A DNA stretch of 64,000 bases from an uncultured Hyphomicrobiaceae bacterium. Lineage in GTDB: Bacteria; Pseudomonadota; Alphaproteobacteria; Rhizobiales; CAYWUX01. Shown piece after piece: positions 1-9,570 of this stretch. The first letter of the stretch is position 1. Each line of letters starts with the position of its first letter. A program made the position numbers and the translations under genes. Location of the stretch: NCBI GenBank assembly GCA_964461525.1, contig CAYWUX010000004.1, positions 156,870 through 220,869 of the forward strand. Direction: 5' to 3'. The notes beneath the pieces were generated by a model. The model searched no databases. It saw only the letters and a list, made by a program, of their open reading frames with translations, and was not told the DNA's origin.

Positions 1-1
1 G

Positions 2-721
2 TTTTTGTCGCAGAATTCGAAAGGGCATATTCTCGGACATGTCAGGGATCTTGGCAGAGATGCCGTCAACGATCCTACCGCCAGAGTGTATCAGACAACC
101 GAACGCCAGACCTTTCATGCGGACCGCTGTGACATAGTCGGGCTGCTCTGTCTTCAGACGGCGAAATCTGGAGGTGCATCCTCTGTGGTCAGTTCCATGA
201 CGATCTATAACGAAATGCGCAAACGGGATCCGCAATTGTTGCAGGTTCTGTTCAGACCTTTTCCAATGGACAGAAGAGGTGAAGTTGGCCCCGGTCAGCG
301 GCCCTATTCCATGACGCCCGTGTATTCTTGGAAAGACGGCTTGTTGTCCGCCTATTATGTAGGACGCTACATCAGGTCTGCCAAGCGCTTTCCCGATGCA
401 CCCCCGCTGACTGATGACCAGATTGCCGCAATGCGGATGTTTGAGGAATTATCCAATGATCCGTCACTTCATATGCATATGGATTTCCGGCCGGGGGATA
501 TGCAATGGGTCTATAACCACACGATGCTTCATGATCGGACGGCATATGAAGACTGGCCCGATGACGAGCGAAAGCGGCACCTGTTGAGATTGTGGGTGGC
601 AGTACCGGACGACCGCCAACTTGCTGAATGTTACAGGGACAGGTGGGGAAGCATCACTGTCGGAAATCGCGGCGGTGTTGTTCCTGACAATGAACTGGTT
701 GCCCCCTTGGAAGCAGAGTAG
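2..721 (+). CDS. TauD/TfdA-family Fe(II)/2-oxoglutarate dioxygenase, C-terminal part (5' end outside window)
   Basis: The reading frame is open to the left window edge. It has an H-x-D motif (TFHADRCD), a distal His (NHTMLHDRT) and an Arg (RHLLRLW), as in TauD/clavaminate-synthase-like dioxygenases. Confidence 0.75.
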   Translation, partial: FLSQNSKGHILGHVRDLGRDAVNDPTARVYQTTERQTFHADRCDIVGLLCLQTAKSGGASSVVSSMTIYNEMRKRDPQLLQVLFRPFPMDRRGEVGPGQRPYSMTPVYSWKDGLLSAYYVGRYIRSAKRFPDAPPLTDDQIAAMRMFEELSNDPSLHMHMDFRPGDMQWVYNHTMLHDRTAYEDWPDDERKRHLLRLWVAVPDDRQLAECYRDRWGSITVGNRGGVVPDNELVAPLEAE

Positions 722-807
722 ACCTGTGCAAGATTACTGTGGGGAGGGGAAGATCGCAAATCACAACTGGCGCAGAGAATTCAAATTGTCATGAATAGGA
801 GTTTTAA

Positions 808-1740
808 ATGGACAGCACTGAACGTCTGACTTCATTGCCTGATGGACTTATTGACTGTCCGGTTACCCCGTTTGATCCGGAAAACAATATTGACTTCGAT
901 GTGTTTGGGCAGGTTGTGGAATTTCTCTTGAATCACAATGCAAGCTCACTTTGCATTAATCTTCATCTGGCGGAATCCCTCAACCTATCTCTGCGGGAAC
1001 GCCGAATGCTGGCAGAGGCAGCTGTAGAGGCCAATGCGGGACGTGTTCCTGTAATCATAAATGTAAGTACACCCGGCACAGATCATGCAGTTGAGCTTGC
1101 CAAGCATGCGGAAAAAATTCAGGCCGATGCCGTGATGGCGATACCGCCATATTACTGGAAGCCGCCTGAAGAGGGGATATACGAACATCTCGCAACTATT
1201 TTATCTGCTACGGATTTGCCTTTTATTGGATACAGTTCGCCGGGGATTATGGATGGTGTGGGAATTTCTCCAAAAGTTCTAAAAAAATTACTAAAACGGT
1301 TTCCGCATTTTATTGGGTTGAAAGATGCAAGCCACAACTGGGAAATATTCCTTGAACTTGGTCGTGCCGCCCGAAGCATAAAGTCCGATTTTACACTGTT
1401 CGTGGGAACGGAGTGGATTATTCCCAGTCTGACTCTTGGAGGCACGGCCTGTATGTCGGTATTCGGCGGAATAGCGCCCCGTTTTGTTAAATCGCTTTAC
1501 GATGCCACAATTGAACGTGAATTGGATCGGGCATTGGAACTGCAGTATGTTTACTCGGAGCTCTATCAGATCAATAAGGTTGAATATCCGGCTCCGGCAA
1601 AAGCCATGTGGGAAATCATGGGCAGACCTGTTGGTCATCCCCGGCTTCCCAATCGACCGCTGTCGATCGAACAGAAATTGGAGCTTGAAGGAACATTAGA
1701 CCGCCTGGGCTTGCTCAATACTGAACCTAAGGGCTGGTAG
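808..1740 (+). CDS. DapA/N-acetylneuraminate-lyase family class I aldolase/lyase
   Basis: 310-aa ORF with AGGAG 7 nt upstream of the ATG. The Schiff-base lysine context is FIGLKDASHN and GYSSPG sits at the YxxP position, typical of the DHDPS/NAL family. Substrate unknown. Confidence 0.8.
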   Translation: MDSTERLTSLPDGLIDCPVTPFDPENNIDFDVFGQVVEFLLNHNASSLCINLHLAESLNLSLRERRMLAEAAVEANAGRVPVIINVSTPGTDHAVELAKHAEKIQADAVMAIPPYYWKPPEEGIYEHLATILSATDLPFIGYSSPGIMDGVGISPKVLKKLLKRFPHFIGLKDASHNWEIFLELGRAARSIKSDFTLFVGTEWIIPSLTLGGTACMSVFGGIAPRFVKSLYDATIERELDRALELQYVYSELYQINKVEYPAPAKAMWEIMGRPVGHPRLPNRPLSIEQKLELEGTLDRLGLLNTEPKGW

Positions 1741-2893
1741 TCCGATTACTTTTCAGGTTGTAGGCGCATATAGTGCCAATCAGCCCCGTAATGGAGAACA
1801 TGGCGATTGTCATGGGGTAGTTACCACTGATCTGAATAGCAATTGCAAAGCCTATGGGCCACGCGAACATTGCGACATAAACAAAAAATGCCATTCCTGC
1901 AATAGCCAGGATCGCATCGCCTTTGGGTGCGGCTTGCAACAGCGCTGCGTGAAATACGCCGTTCCAACTCGTGGCAGAAATGCCGATCAGCATGCTTAGT
2001 AAATAAAGCAGCGCTTTTGGTGTCTCCGGCGTCAGCAATGGTGCAACTATACAGCACACAGTCATGATCACCCCGAGAATGGCCATCGCTGTTAGATTGT
2101 CCTGCAGAACATCCGCCAGCCATCCCCAGAATGGACGCCCGACAATGCCTGCAATTTGAACGACCGCAAGGAAAATCCCCGCCTCGACCAGTCCGAATTT
2201 GAGGTCCTCGACGAAAAATGGACTTAAATAAGTCCACCAGAAATTCTGAATACTGATGTAACAAATGGCCATATAAATCAGAAGCCTCAAGTCCCGGTTT
2301 CGAACAATAACCAGAATTGGATTTAGTGGATTGTAGGAGAGCAGTCGAGTTTCCCTCTCTTCGATTATCCATCGCTTCTGGTGAAAAATCAGAATTACTG
2401 TCAGCAGCAATCCCAGAACTACAATGATATAGCCAGCCCAACGCCAACCGATTTGTTCCGTGATCGTGGGTGTTGTAACAGCGGCCAGCAATCCACCGAT
2501 GGGAATGCCGCTTTGCTTAATTGAAAAGATGAATGCTCGCCTGTTTTCCGTCGTCACGGACATGAGGAGTCGCGCGGTCGCTGCAGGTATAAGTCCGAAA
2601 CCAAGCCCCATGAGAACTGAACCGACTGCCATACCCGCCAGAGACCATATCGTCGTCAGATAGGCTCCAGCTGCGACTGTAAACGTTGATAAGGCGAGAG
2701 ACTGAACATATCCAATCTGACGGGTAATGGCACCGGAAAAAAGCGAACAAATCGTAGCGGAGAAATAGGCTAATCCGACCTGATATCCGATATAGGCGGT
2801 TGGAACACCCAAATCACCGGCAACAGCCGTTGCTCCGGAAGTATATACGAACATCCCCCAGGCCCCTATGGATTGGGCCGACGTGACGATCAA
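1727..2893 (-). CDS. MFS-type transporter
   Basis: 388-aa very hydrophobic ORF with about 12 TM-like segments and a GRPFWGWLAD loop resembling MFS motif A. It converges on and overlaps the DapA-like gene by 14 nt. Confidence 0.75.
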   Translation of the reverse strand: MIVTSAQSIGAWGMFVYTSGATAVAGDLGVPTAYIGYQVGLAYFSATICSLFSGAITRQIGYVQSLALSTFTVAAGAYLTTIWSLAGMAVGSVLMGLGFGLIPAATARLLMSVTTENRRAFIFSIKQSGIPIGGLLAAVTTPTITEQIGWRWAGYIIVVLGLLLTVILIFHQKRWIIEERETRLLSYNPLNPILVIVRNRDLRLLIYMAICYISIQNFWWTYLSPFFVEDLKFGLVEAGIFLAVVQIAGIVGRPFWGWLADVLQDNLTAMAILGVIMTVCCIVAPLLTPETPKALLYLLSMLIGISATSWNGVFHAALLQAAPKGDAILAIAGMAFFVYVAMFAWPIGFAIAIQISGNYPMTIAMFSITGLIGTICAYNLKSNRTTSP

Positions 2894-2978
2894 TACAACC
2901 AGAAAGGTATGGTAAAAGGAGGGAGCGGTTTGTTTTATTGCAGGTCACCTTTGCAAGTATGGCAGCTTAACTAATTCG

Positions 2979-4190
2979 CTAAATTTCCATTTCCAGTATG
3001 TAAAGCCCTCCTGCAAATCGATCCATGCAATATACAATTCCCTTTTCATCGACGTGGACGTCATTAATTTGAATTGTATCTACCGGTGATCCTTCGGGAC
3101 GTTGGGGAACATAGTAGGCAATTTCACGCGGCTGATAGGGGTCCGATATGTCATGCACTCTGACACCACCATTGAAGTATGTGCCGATTATAGTGTCTTC
3201 TGAGTGGAATGATGGGCCAGGCCGGTTCTCATGTACATTATGAGCGCCAAATCGGCCGCCGCGAGATCCAAAGTCATCTACTGATGGCAATGGAAGGCTT
3301 GATATTGGAACCAGGTTATCTTCAACCCGTGCATCAAGGATCCAGGTTCGTTTGGGCCAGTCTTCGCCAAGATCCCGCACACATTCATCCGAAACTATCA
3401 GCAAATCCCGATTAAACAATGGCATTACCGTATGGGTGAATCCATTGAAAGGTGGATGAGGATTCCAGTGGCTGATCATTTTTGGATTAGATTTATCGGC
3501 AATATCGAGTATGACGACACCACCGTCCAAATATGCCAGATGGGCGCGGTCCGGGTGATCTGGATAAACATTTGTGTTATGACACCGCCACCCTGAATTA
3601 AAGGTTGGATGACGGGGTGGGGCGGGTTGCTCGTCGCCCTCCCTGGTTCCGGGATACCACCATCTGCAGGCTTCTCTCGGTTTTGCGGGGTCGCTAAAGT
3701 CGATCATTAAAAAAGGCTGGTCGTCCCATTCGAACCGGGGCTGATAGTCCGCCGATCCTGCAGCACAATAAACATTTTGACCGTCAACAAACCATACCTG
3801 GTGCACGCCCCGTGAATATTGGCCGGAACAATCAAAAAAGCTGATCGATTTGGGATTTTCCGGGCTGGAGATATCAAACATCTCAACACCAGCGGGCTGC
3901 AATCCCCAAGTCTGTGTCTGGTAGGCGACCGCCATTAGATTATCGCAGACTTCCAGTGAGTTGGAGCGAACCTTATTATGCGGCAGTTCTGTTTGCACAA
4001 TAACCCTCGGATTTTTCGGATTGGTCACATCCACACCGGTAAAGTTTTTCGGTGCACTTTCATGGGCCATCCAAAGGATCCGCCGACCGTCTCCTGCAAC
4101 CTGTAATGAGATACCTTCGCCCATATTGCCATTTCCCAGACAATTGTCGTGAGCGATCAATCGCATATTCAAAGTTTCAGCTTGAGACAT
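2979..4190 (-). CDS. LVIVD-repeat beta-propeller protein (COG5276-like), no signal peptide
   Basis: Five LVIVD-type repeats: GVDVTNPKNPRVI, GVEMFDISSPENPKSI, FLMIDFSDPAKPREA, GVVILDIADKSNPKMI, GVRVHDISDPYQPREI. The N-terminus MSQAETLNMRLIAHD is not signal-like. Confidence 0.7.
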   Translation of the reverse strand: MSQAETLNMRLIAHDNCLGNGNMGEGISLQVAGDGRRILWMAHESAPKNFTGVDVTNPKNPRVIVQTELPHNKVRSNSLEVCDNLMAVAYQTQTWGLQPAGVEMFDISSPENPKSISFFDCSGQYSRGVHQVWFVDGQNVYCAAGSADYQPRFEWDDQPFLMIDFSDPAKPREACRWWYPGTREGDEQPAPPRHPTFNSGWRCHNTNVYPDHPDRAHLAYLDGGVVILDIADKSNPKMISHWNPHPPFNGFTHTVMPLFNRDLLIVSDECVRDLGEDWPKRTWILDARVEDNLVPISSLPLPSVDDFGSRGGRFGAHNVHENRPGPSFHSEDTIIGTYFNGGVRVHDISDPYQPREIAYYVPQRPEGSPVDTIQINDVHVDEKGIVYCMDRFAGGLYILEMEI

Positions 4191-4236
4191 ATTCGTTTCC
4201 TTTTTTAGTTGCCCGGCGTAGCTTCATATTGTTAAT

Positions 4237-4250
4237 AATAGCCAACACTG
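4237..4250. promoter_or_regulatory. AT-rich near-palindrome TATTGTTAATAATA (Fur/Zur-box-like) in the divergent LVIVD/COG0523 promoter region
   Basis: 14-bp inverted repeat with 6 of 7 pairs matching, located 97 nt upstream of the COG0523 ATG. Assignment to Zur/Fur is inference only. Confidence 0.2.
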
Positions 4251-4346
4251 TTTTTGTCATCCCAGACAAAATCTTACAAGCGCTGAATCACTGCTTTTGA
4301 GATAACTCAGCAATTGCAGGCATTTTTGATCCGATACTTTGATATT

Positions 4347-5411
4347 ATGAAACATCGAATTCCACTAACTGTGATCACGGGTTTTCTCGGAAGCGGAAAA
4401 ACAACGATACTAAACTTTATTCTGCGCCAGCCCGAATTTTCTGGAAGCGCTGTCATTGTTAATGAGTTTGGAGACATTGGACTGGATCATTTATTAGTAG
4501 AGTCGGCGCTCGATCAAATGGTCCTTATGGACAATGGCTGTTTGTGCTGCACGGTGCGCGGGGATCTGGTAGATACCTTGAGACATATGTTGTTGCGTTC
4601 TCAGAATGGATCTATTCCGAGTTTTAACCGAGTCTTCGTCGAGACAACAGGTCTTGCGGATCCGGCACCAGTTCTGCAAACTCTAATCGGCGACGAGGAA
4701 ACACAGAGGAATTTCAGATTAAAGGGAATAATTACAGTGGTCGATAGTGTGACAGGATTGCGAACCCTGAAGGAGTTTGAGGAAGCCCGTCGTCAGGCCG
4801 CAACCGCCGATCTGCTTCTGGTGACAAAATCCGATCTCCCCGAAGCCCGGCCCGGGGCCGTCGAACAGGGCCTTAAACAGATGAATCCGGACGCAAAAAT
4901 CATAAGAACCATAGATGGTGTTGTCGATCCAAAGGATATTCTGGCCTTACCGGAACCTGATTCAGATATGGTTTCCAGGGATCTGGCCCGTTGGTTCGAT
5001 ATCTCTCAGACGTCATCAGGCCTCGACTCCGACCACGGCCATCAACATCACCACCATTCCCCGGATTCTGATATTCAGACCGCATCGATTACCTTCGAGC
5101 AGCCAGTGAACTGGCTGGGAATAAAAAACTGGCTGGAGTGGCTGGTCGCATTACGCGGTACAGATATTTTGCGTATCAAAGGTCTGGTTAATGCCAGGGG
5201 ATATGAGGGGCCGATAGTTATTCATGGAGTCCAGCACATGTTCCATGAGCCGAAAATATTATATAACTGGCCCGATGAGGACCACCGAACCCGGATAATT
5301 ATTATTGCAAAACATATTCCCGCCGGCGCACTTCATTATTCCGCAGATATGTTTCTGAAGCAGATAGAAGAAACAGATAGTCAGGTTGCCGAAGCTGTCA
5401 GCATCAGATGA
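4347..5411 (+). CDS. COG0523 (CobW/YjiA-like) G3E-family metallochaperone GTPase
   Basis: P-loop GFLGSGKTT, CxCC motif GCLCCTV, and a His-rich stretch DSDHGHQHHHHSPDSD before the C-terminal CobW_C-like domain. The ATG at 4347 is preferred over the upstream non-ATG start of the ORF track. Confidence 0.85.
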   Translation: MKHRIPLTVITGFLGSGKTTILNFILRQPEFSGSAVIVNEFGDIGLDHLLVESALDQMVLMDNGCLCCTVRGDLVDTLRHMLLRSQNGSIPSFNRVFVETTGLADPAPVLQTLIGDEETQRNFRLKGIITVVDSVTGLRTLKEFEEARRQAATADLLLVTKSDLPEARPGAVEQGLKQMNPDAKIIRTIDGVVDPKDILALPEPDSDMVSRDLARWFDISQTSSGLDSDHGHQHHHHSPDSDIQTASITFEQPVNWLGIKNWLEWLVALRGTDILRIKGLVNARGYEGPIVIHGVQHMFHEPKILYNWPDEDHRTRIIIIAKHIPAGALHYSADMFLKQIEETDSQVAEAVSIR

Positions 5412-5556
5412 GTCTGAAATTTGTAACAGGTGAAAAAAATCTTAATCTTGATTTAAATTAATGCAACACTGTTGTAGTAAACCATGCATTCTGCCAATAG
5501 AGGATGTAGGAGCACATGTTTCAGTAACTGAGAATAGCAGGAGAGAGGTTATTTCG

Positions 5557-6000
5557 GTGTCAGATCAGGAAACGAAAACCAAGGGCGCAGTCCGGGCGGG
5601 CAACGGCAATCATAGATTTGTCATGAACGAACTGGATATCGTTGATGCGGGTACTGGCTACTCAACTTCCCATGGCGGTGTTGTGGAAGGAGAGCGAATG
5701 CTGGTTGGATATATCCACAAACCCCGTGGGACAGGTTCTCGGCTTCACACCCACCCTAATGAGCAATTTAACTATGTTCTGCAAGGCACTCTGGATTGCG
5801 AAATTGGCGGTCATAAATTTTTAGCTCCTGCAGGGACGTTGGTTCACGTCCCCGCGAACGTCGTCCATCAGATGATCGCCACTCCTGACGAGGATGTCAT
5901 ATTTCTGGCGTTAAAGGACTTATCACACGGCATCGTCGGCAAGGCTGCCGACGGGACGATGTCAGGACCGCACTATATGGAAGGATTTGAGCGGGAATGA
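5557..6000 (+). CDS. Cupin-domain protein
   Basis: Two cupin motifs: GSRLHTHPNEQFNYVLQG and GTLVHVPANVVHQ. The GTG at 5557 is preceded by AGGAGAGAGG; the start is uncertain (the ORF is open from 5461). Confidence 0.65.
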   Translation: MSDQETKTKGAVRAGNGNHRFVMNELDIVDAGTGYSTSHGGVVEGERMLVGYIHKPRGTGSRLHTHPNEQFNYVLQGTLDCEIGGHKFLAPAGTLVHVPANVVHQMIATPDEDVIFLALKDLSHGIVGKAADGTMSGPHYMEGFERE

Positions 6001-6159
6001 AATTAGTTTCGTTATATTCGAGGCCCTCTTCATTTTTGACCTGAATATCGGCATGACCTGACCGTACCGAAGGGAAACAGTGGGGCAGTTGAGCTCCGAT
6101 TCCGATGAGAAACCTTATATAGAATAAAAAATTTGTAGGAAAGAATAGGGAAGAAAACC

Positions 6160-7482
6160 ATGAGTTTAGTAGCCATTAAGGCCGGTTTGCTGATCGACGG
6201 CAACGGCGGAGAACCTATTGAAAACGCTGTTATTCTGGTTGAAGGAAAAAAAATAAAGCAAGTTGGTGGGGAGGCTGATGTTCAAATACCGGCGGATGCC
6301 AAAATAATTGATACTGCTGGCAAGACCGTTATGCCCGGCATGATGGACATACACATTCACGTCGGAATGTTCAACAACCGGACTTTTAAAAATTATCGCG
6401 TGGCTCAGTGGGAAGTCACACCGCACTTACAGCAGATGTATGCCTTATTTCATGCACAACTTTGTTTTGAAATGGGTTTTACAACGCTGCGGGATATGGG
6501 GCTTTTATCCAGCCGGGGACTGTTTACCCAGGAAACTGTTGCGGTCAGGGAAATTATCAATGCCGGTTGCATAGCGGGACCGCGCCTGCTGGTTAGCGGA
6601 TTTGCAATTATGACCTGTTCTCATCTTGAGCTTATACTGCCCAAGGCTGCCATGCGAACGGATCCTTTTCTGACGGGCGATGGTCCCTGGGAGCTTCGAC
6701 GGCAGGCACGTCTGGCAGTGCGTCAGGGCGCAGATGTGGTCAAGGCCTGCGCTTCTGGCGGCGGCGGGACCGATGATGAAGAGCCAGATATAAGAAACAT
6801 GACTTATGAAGAGCTTGAAGCGATTGTCGATGAAGCCCATGCCCTGAACAAGCCCTGTGCGTCTCATTGTTTTACTCCGGAGTCGCAGATGAATGCTGTG
6901 AGAGCTGGCGTTGATACCATTGAGCACATGGTTTTTCATACCGAAGAATCGCTGAACAAGATTAAAGAGGCCAACATCCCGATGATACCCACGCTTGCCC
7001 ACCGGACGGATCACGCCATCGAGATCCGGCGCGAAATCGGAACAGCTGAGTTTGTGCTGGAAAAAATGAAAACAATTCAACCCAATTGCTACAACACGTT
7101 CCAAAAATGCCATGAACTCGGAATCCACATCGCCATGGGAACAGACATGGGGTACGAGCCCGGAATGGGGACAAATGCCTATGAACTGGAAATTTACTGT
7201 GATCTCGGCATGTCTCCCATGGATGCGATATTGACCGCTACCAGAAATGCCGCGCAAGCGATCGGCATGGGTAAATCTCTCGGGACGATCGAGGCGGACA
7301 AACTCGCCGATATTTTAGTTGTCGAAGGCAATCCGCTGAATGACATTAGAATTCTTCAGGAACGCGAGAACATCCAGGTGGTCATGAAAGAGGGAGATGT
7401 TTATATTGACCGGCGTCCGGGCGAAGCCAGAAAAGAGGTTGTTCATTCCGAGCCGGATAGTTGGAGAAAAATCGACGCATAG
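6160..7482 (+). CDS. Amidohydrolase-superfamily metal-dependent hydrolase (prolidase/imidazolonepropionase-like subgroup)
   Basis: 440 aa. HxH motif MDIHIHV, candidate carboxylated Lys in ADVVKACASGGGG, later His residues (ASHCF, IEHM) and Asp (GTDMG). Confidence 0.85.
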   Translation: MSLVAIKAGLLIDGNGGEPIENAVILVEGKKIKQVGGEADVQIPADAKIIDTAGKTVMPGMMDIHIHVGMFNNRTFKNYRVAQWEVTPHLQQMYALFHAQLCFEMGFTTLRDMGLLSSRGLFTQETVAVREIINAGCIAGPRLLVSGFAIMTCSHLELILPKAAMRTDPFLTGDGPWELRRQARLAVRQGADVVKACASGGGGTDDEEPDIRNMTYEELEAIVDEAHALNKPCASHCFTPESQMNAVRAGVDTIEHMVFHTEESLNKIKEANIPMIPTLAHRTDHAIEIRREIGTAEFVLEKMKTIQPNCYNTFQKCHELGIHIAMGTDMGYEPGMGTNAYELEIYCDLGMSPMDAILTATRNAAQAIGMGKSLGTIEADKLADILVVEGNPLNDIRILQERENIQVVMKEGDVYIDRRPGEARKEVVHSEPDSWRKIDA

Positions 7483-7649
7483 TCCATTATGCCGATTTTA
7501 CAAAACTGTGCTTCTCAGGGCCGGTGGTTTGGACTGCAGTGCCCGTTTCTGCGGTCCTTGAACCATAATTCCGTCCGGGATAGCCGTTTCAGGTTTTGTC
7601 ACGGGGATTTTGACAGGCTCTCTCGGCTATTTTCATTGGCATTTCGCAT

Positions 7650-8399
7650 TCAGGAACTGTGGTGAGCTAGGGATGAACCACCGCAGGCATGCAAAACCTG
7701 GCCGGTAATAAATGATGCCTCCGGTTTCAGAAAAAATGTTATTGCATAGGCAATTTCTTCCGGCTCACCGAGTCTTCCCACGGGCATACCGCTCAAAAAA
7801 GGACGCAGGGCTTCCGGCCCTTTGCCTTGGAGATTGTTTTTCTTGAACATCTCGGTTGCTGTTGGTCCCGGAGACACCGCATTAACGGTGATTCCGTACT
7901 GCGCAAGCTCCAGGGCCCAGGTGTATGTCATGCCGATGATTCCGGCTTTGGCAGCACTGTAACTGGTCCGGTTTTCCCGCCCTATAGCGCTTCTGCTTGA
8001 GATATTTACAATACGGCCATATTTCTCCGTTTTCATTTGGGGCAAGACAGCCTGTGCGCACTGAATGGCCGTTCTGAGGTTCAAATCAATAACCTTTATA
8101 AATGAGGACAGATCAACCTGTTCCAGTGGTTCCAGAATATTTAATCCTACATTATTGACGAGACCTGTAATTTTGTGGGAATTGACAATGGTTTTAAGCA
8201 GCTCGGCGGTCTGTTGCGGATCAGAAAGATTGCCTTCATAGAATATGCCTGGAAATTTCTCTTCAGGTGCTGTGCGTGCAATGCCGATTACAATCTTGCG
8301 GTCATTGTTCAAACTTTGCGCTGTGGCCAGTCCGATCCCCCTGCTCGCTCCCGTTATCAGAATGGCCCCCTCTTTGGTGTTTTCCATTTTATACTCCAA
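7650..8399 (-). CDS. Short-chain dehydrogenase/reductase (SDR)
   Basis: TGASRGIG cofactor motif and a YSAAK catalytic motif; 249 aa. Confidence 0.85.
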   Translation of the reverse strand: MEYKMENTKEGAILITGASRGIGLATAQSLNNDRKIVIGIARTAPEEKFPGIFYEGNLSDPQQTAELLKTIVNSHKITGLVNNVGLNILEPLEQVDLSSFIKVIDLNLRTAIQCAQAVLPQMKTEKYGRIVNISSRSAIGRENRTSYSAAKAGIIGMTYTWALELAQYGITVNAVSPGPTATEMFKKNNLQGKGPEALRPFLSGMPVGRLGEPEEIAYAITFFLKPEASFITGQVLHACGGSSLAHHSS

Positions 8400-8664
8400 C
8401 TTGACGACACCAGAACCTATTGAGGCCCATGGTGTGCTGCCGGTCGATGGTCGGGCAATCCCCGTCGCTCATGCTCTGCTCGCACTTCCAGAATCGCGTA
8501 ATTTGTATAAGTTGCCATCACTCATTAATCTCGCCACTGAATTAATACTAAAGCCATGTTTGTTTCAAACTTCAAATGACATATACTCAATTGAAACTTG
8601 ATAGCACGCTATGAAATGTAATTAAATTGTTATGCTAAACCGTTTTTCCTAGATTCTAAATTTT

Positions 8665-9447
8665 ATGGAGCTAAGTATGAAAACCGTTCGCTCAGTAGAG
8701 CGTGCAATATCTGTATTAATGTTTATAGCTGAAAATCCAATTGCTTTGGGCCTGTCAGAAATTAGTCGCAATGTCGGACTGGATAAAGCGACGACGCTTC
8801 GTCTCATTGCGACGCTTGAAAAGGAAGGACTGATTCGGCAGGAACCCCATTCACGCCGTTATATATTGGGGCCGAGTATCGCCAGCCTCATAAATCCGCT
8901 TCACACAGACATCAGACGTATTTGCAAGCCGCATATGGAGCAACTTGTTCAGAGCACTGGAGAAACGGTCTGTTTAATGGTGCGCCGCGGGCTGGAACAT
9001 GTAATCGCAGAAGCTGTCAGTGCGCAATATGAGCTCTGCATGGCGCCCAATGTGGGCAGTACAGCGCCAATTTACGCAGGAGCTTCGGGTAAGTGTTTTC
9101 TGGCGTTTTTAAGCGACGAAGAAGCAGACCAGATCATAAAGGCGACCAAGCTTAAAGCGGTAACTAAAGATACTATAACCAATCCCCAGAGCTACAGACG
9201 CCAATTAATTAAAGTTCGCCGCCAGGGCTACGCGATAAGTCAGGGGGAAATACACCCTGGTGGCGCGGCGGTATCGGCTCCAATTTTCGACCGGTCAGGA
9301 CAGATTGTTGCGGCTGTTGATCTCAGAGGGCCGCAACTGCGCCTCGATCGAATAAAACTGAATCAGCTGGCGCCCCTTGTTGTAAAATGCGCCGATGCAA
9401 TTTCCGAGGATCAGGGGTTCGGGCGTCAGTTTTCTGAAGCTCAATGA
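8665..9447 (+). CDS. IclR-family transcriptional regulator
   Basis: N-terminal wHTH (VRSVERAISVLMFIAE...GLSEISRNVGLDKATTLRLI) plus a C-terminal IclR effector domain. It is divergent from the SDR gene. The start may be the ATG at 8677. Confidence 0.85.
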   Translation: MELSMKTVRSVERAISVLMFIAENPIALGLSEISRNVGLDKATTLRLIATLEKEGLIRQEPHSRRYILGPSIASLINPLHTDIRRICKPHMEQLVQSTGETVCLMVRRGLEHVIAEAVSAQYELCMAPNVGSTAPIYAGASGKCFLAFLSDEEADQIIKATKLKAVTKDTITNPQSYRRQLIKVRRQGYAISQGEIHPGGAAVSAPIFDRSGQIVAAVDLRGPQLRLDRIKLNQLAPLVVKCADAISEDQGFGRQFSEAQ

Positions 9448-9570
9448 GTGGCAGCTATCAGATAATGAGAAATTGATTTTAGTTATGTTCCGGAATGTAT
9501 CCAGCGATGCGGACGTGCCGACGCATAAAATTTTGGAGCAATGCGTGAGCACGGAAACCTGCAGCAAACG

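Noticed and set aside
1821-2447. Long alternative-frame or antisense ORFs nested in well-supported genes. Examples: 1821-2447(-), 6505-7257(-), 12661-13245(+), 12947-13714(+), 32357-32932(+), 35702-36073(-), 45840-46412(-), 49595-50113(-), 52837-53484(-).
   Set aside because: Each lies entirely within or opposite a CDS with clear family motifs. The translations are low-complexity or Arg/Ser/Pro-rich, as expected for shadow ORFs, and none shows any motif.
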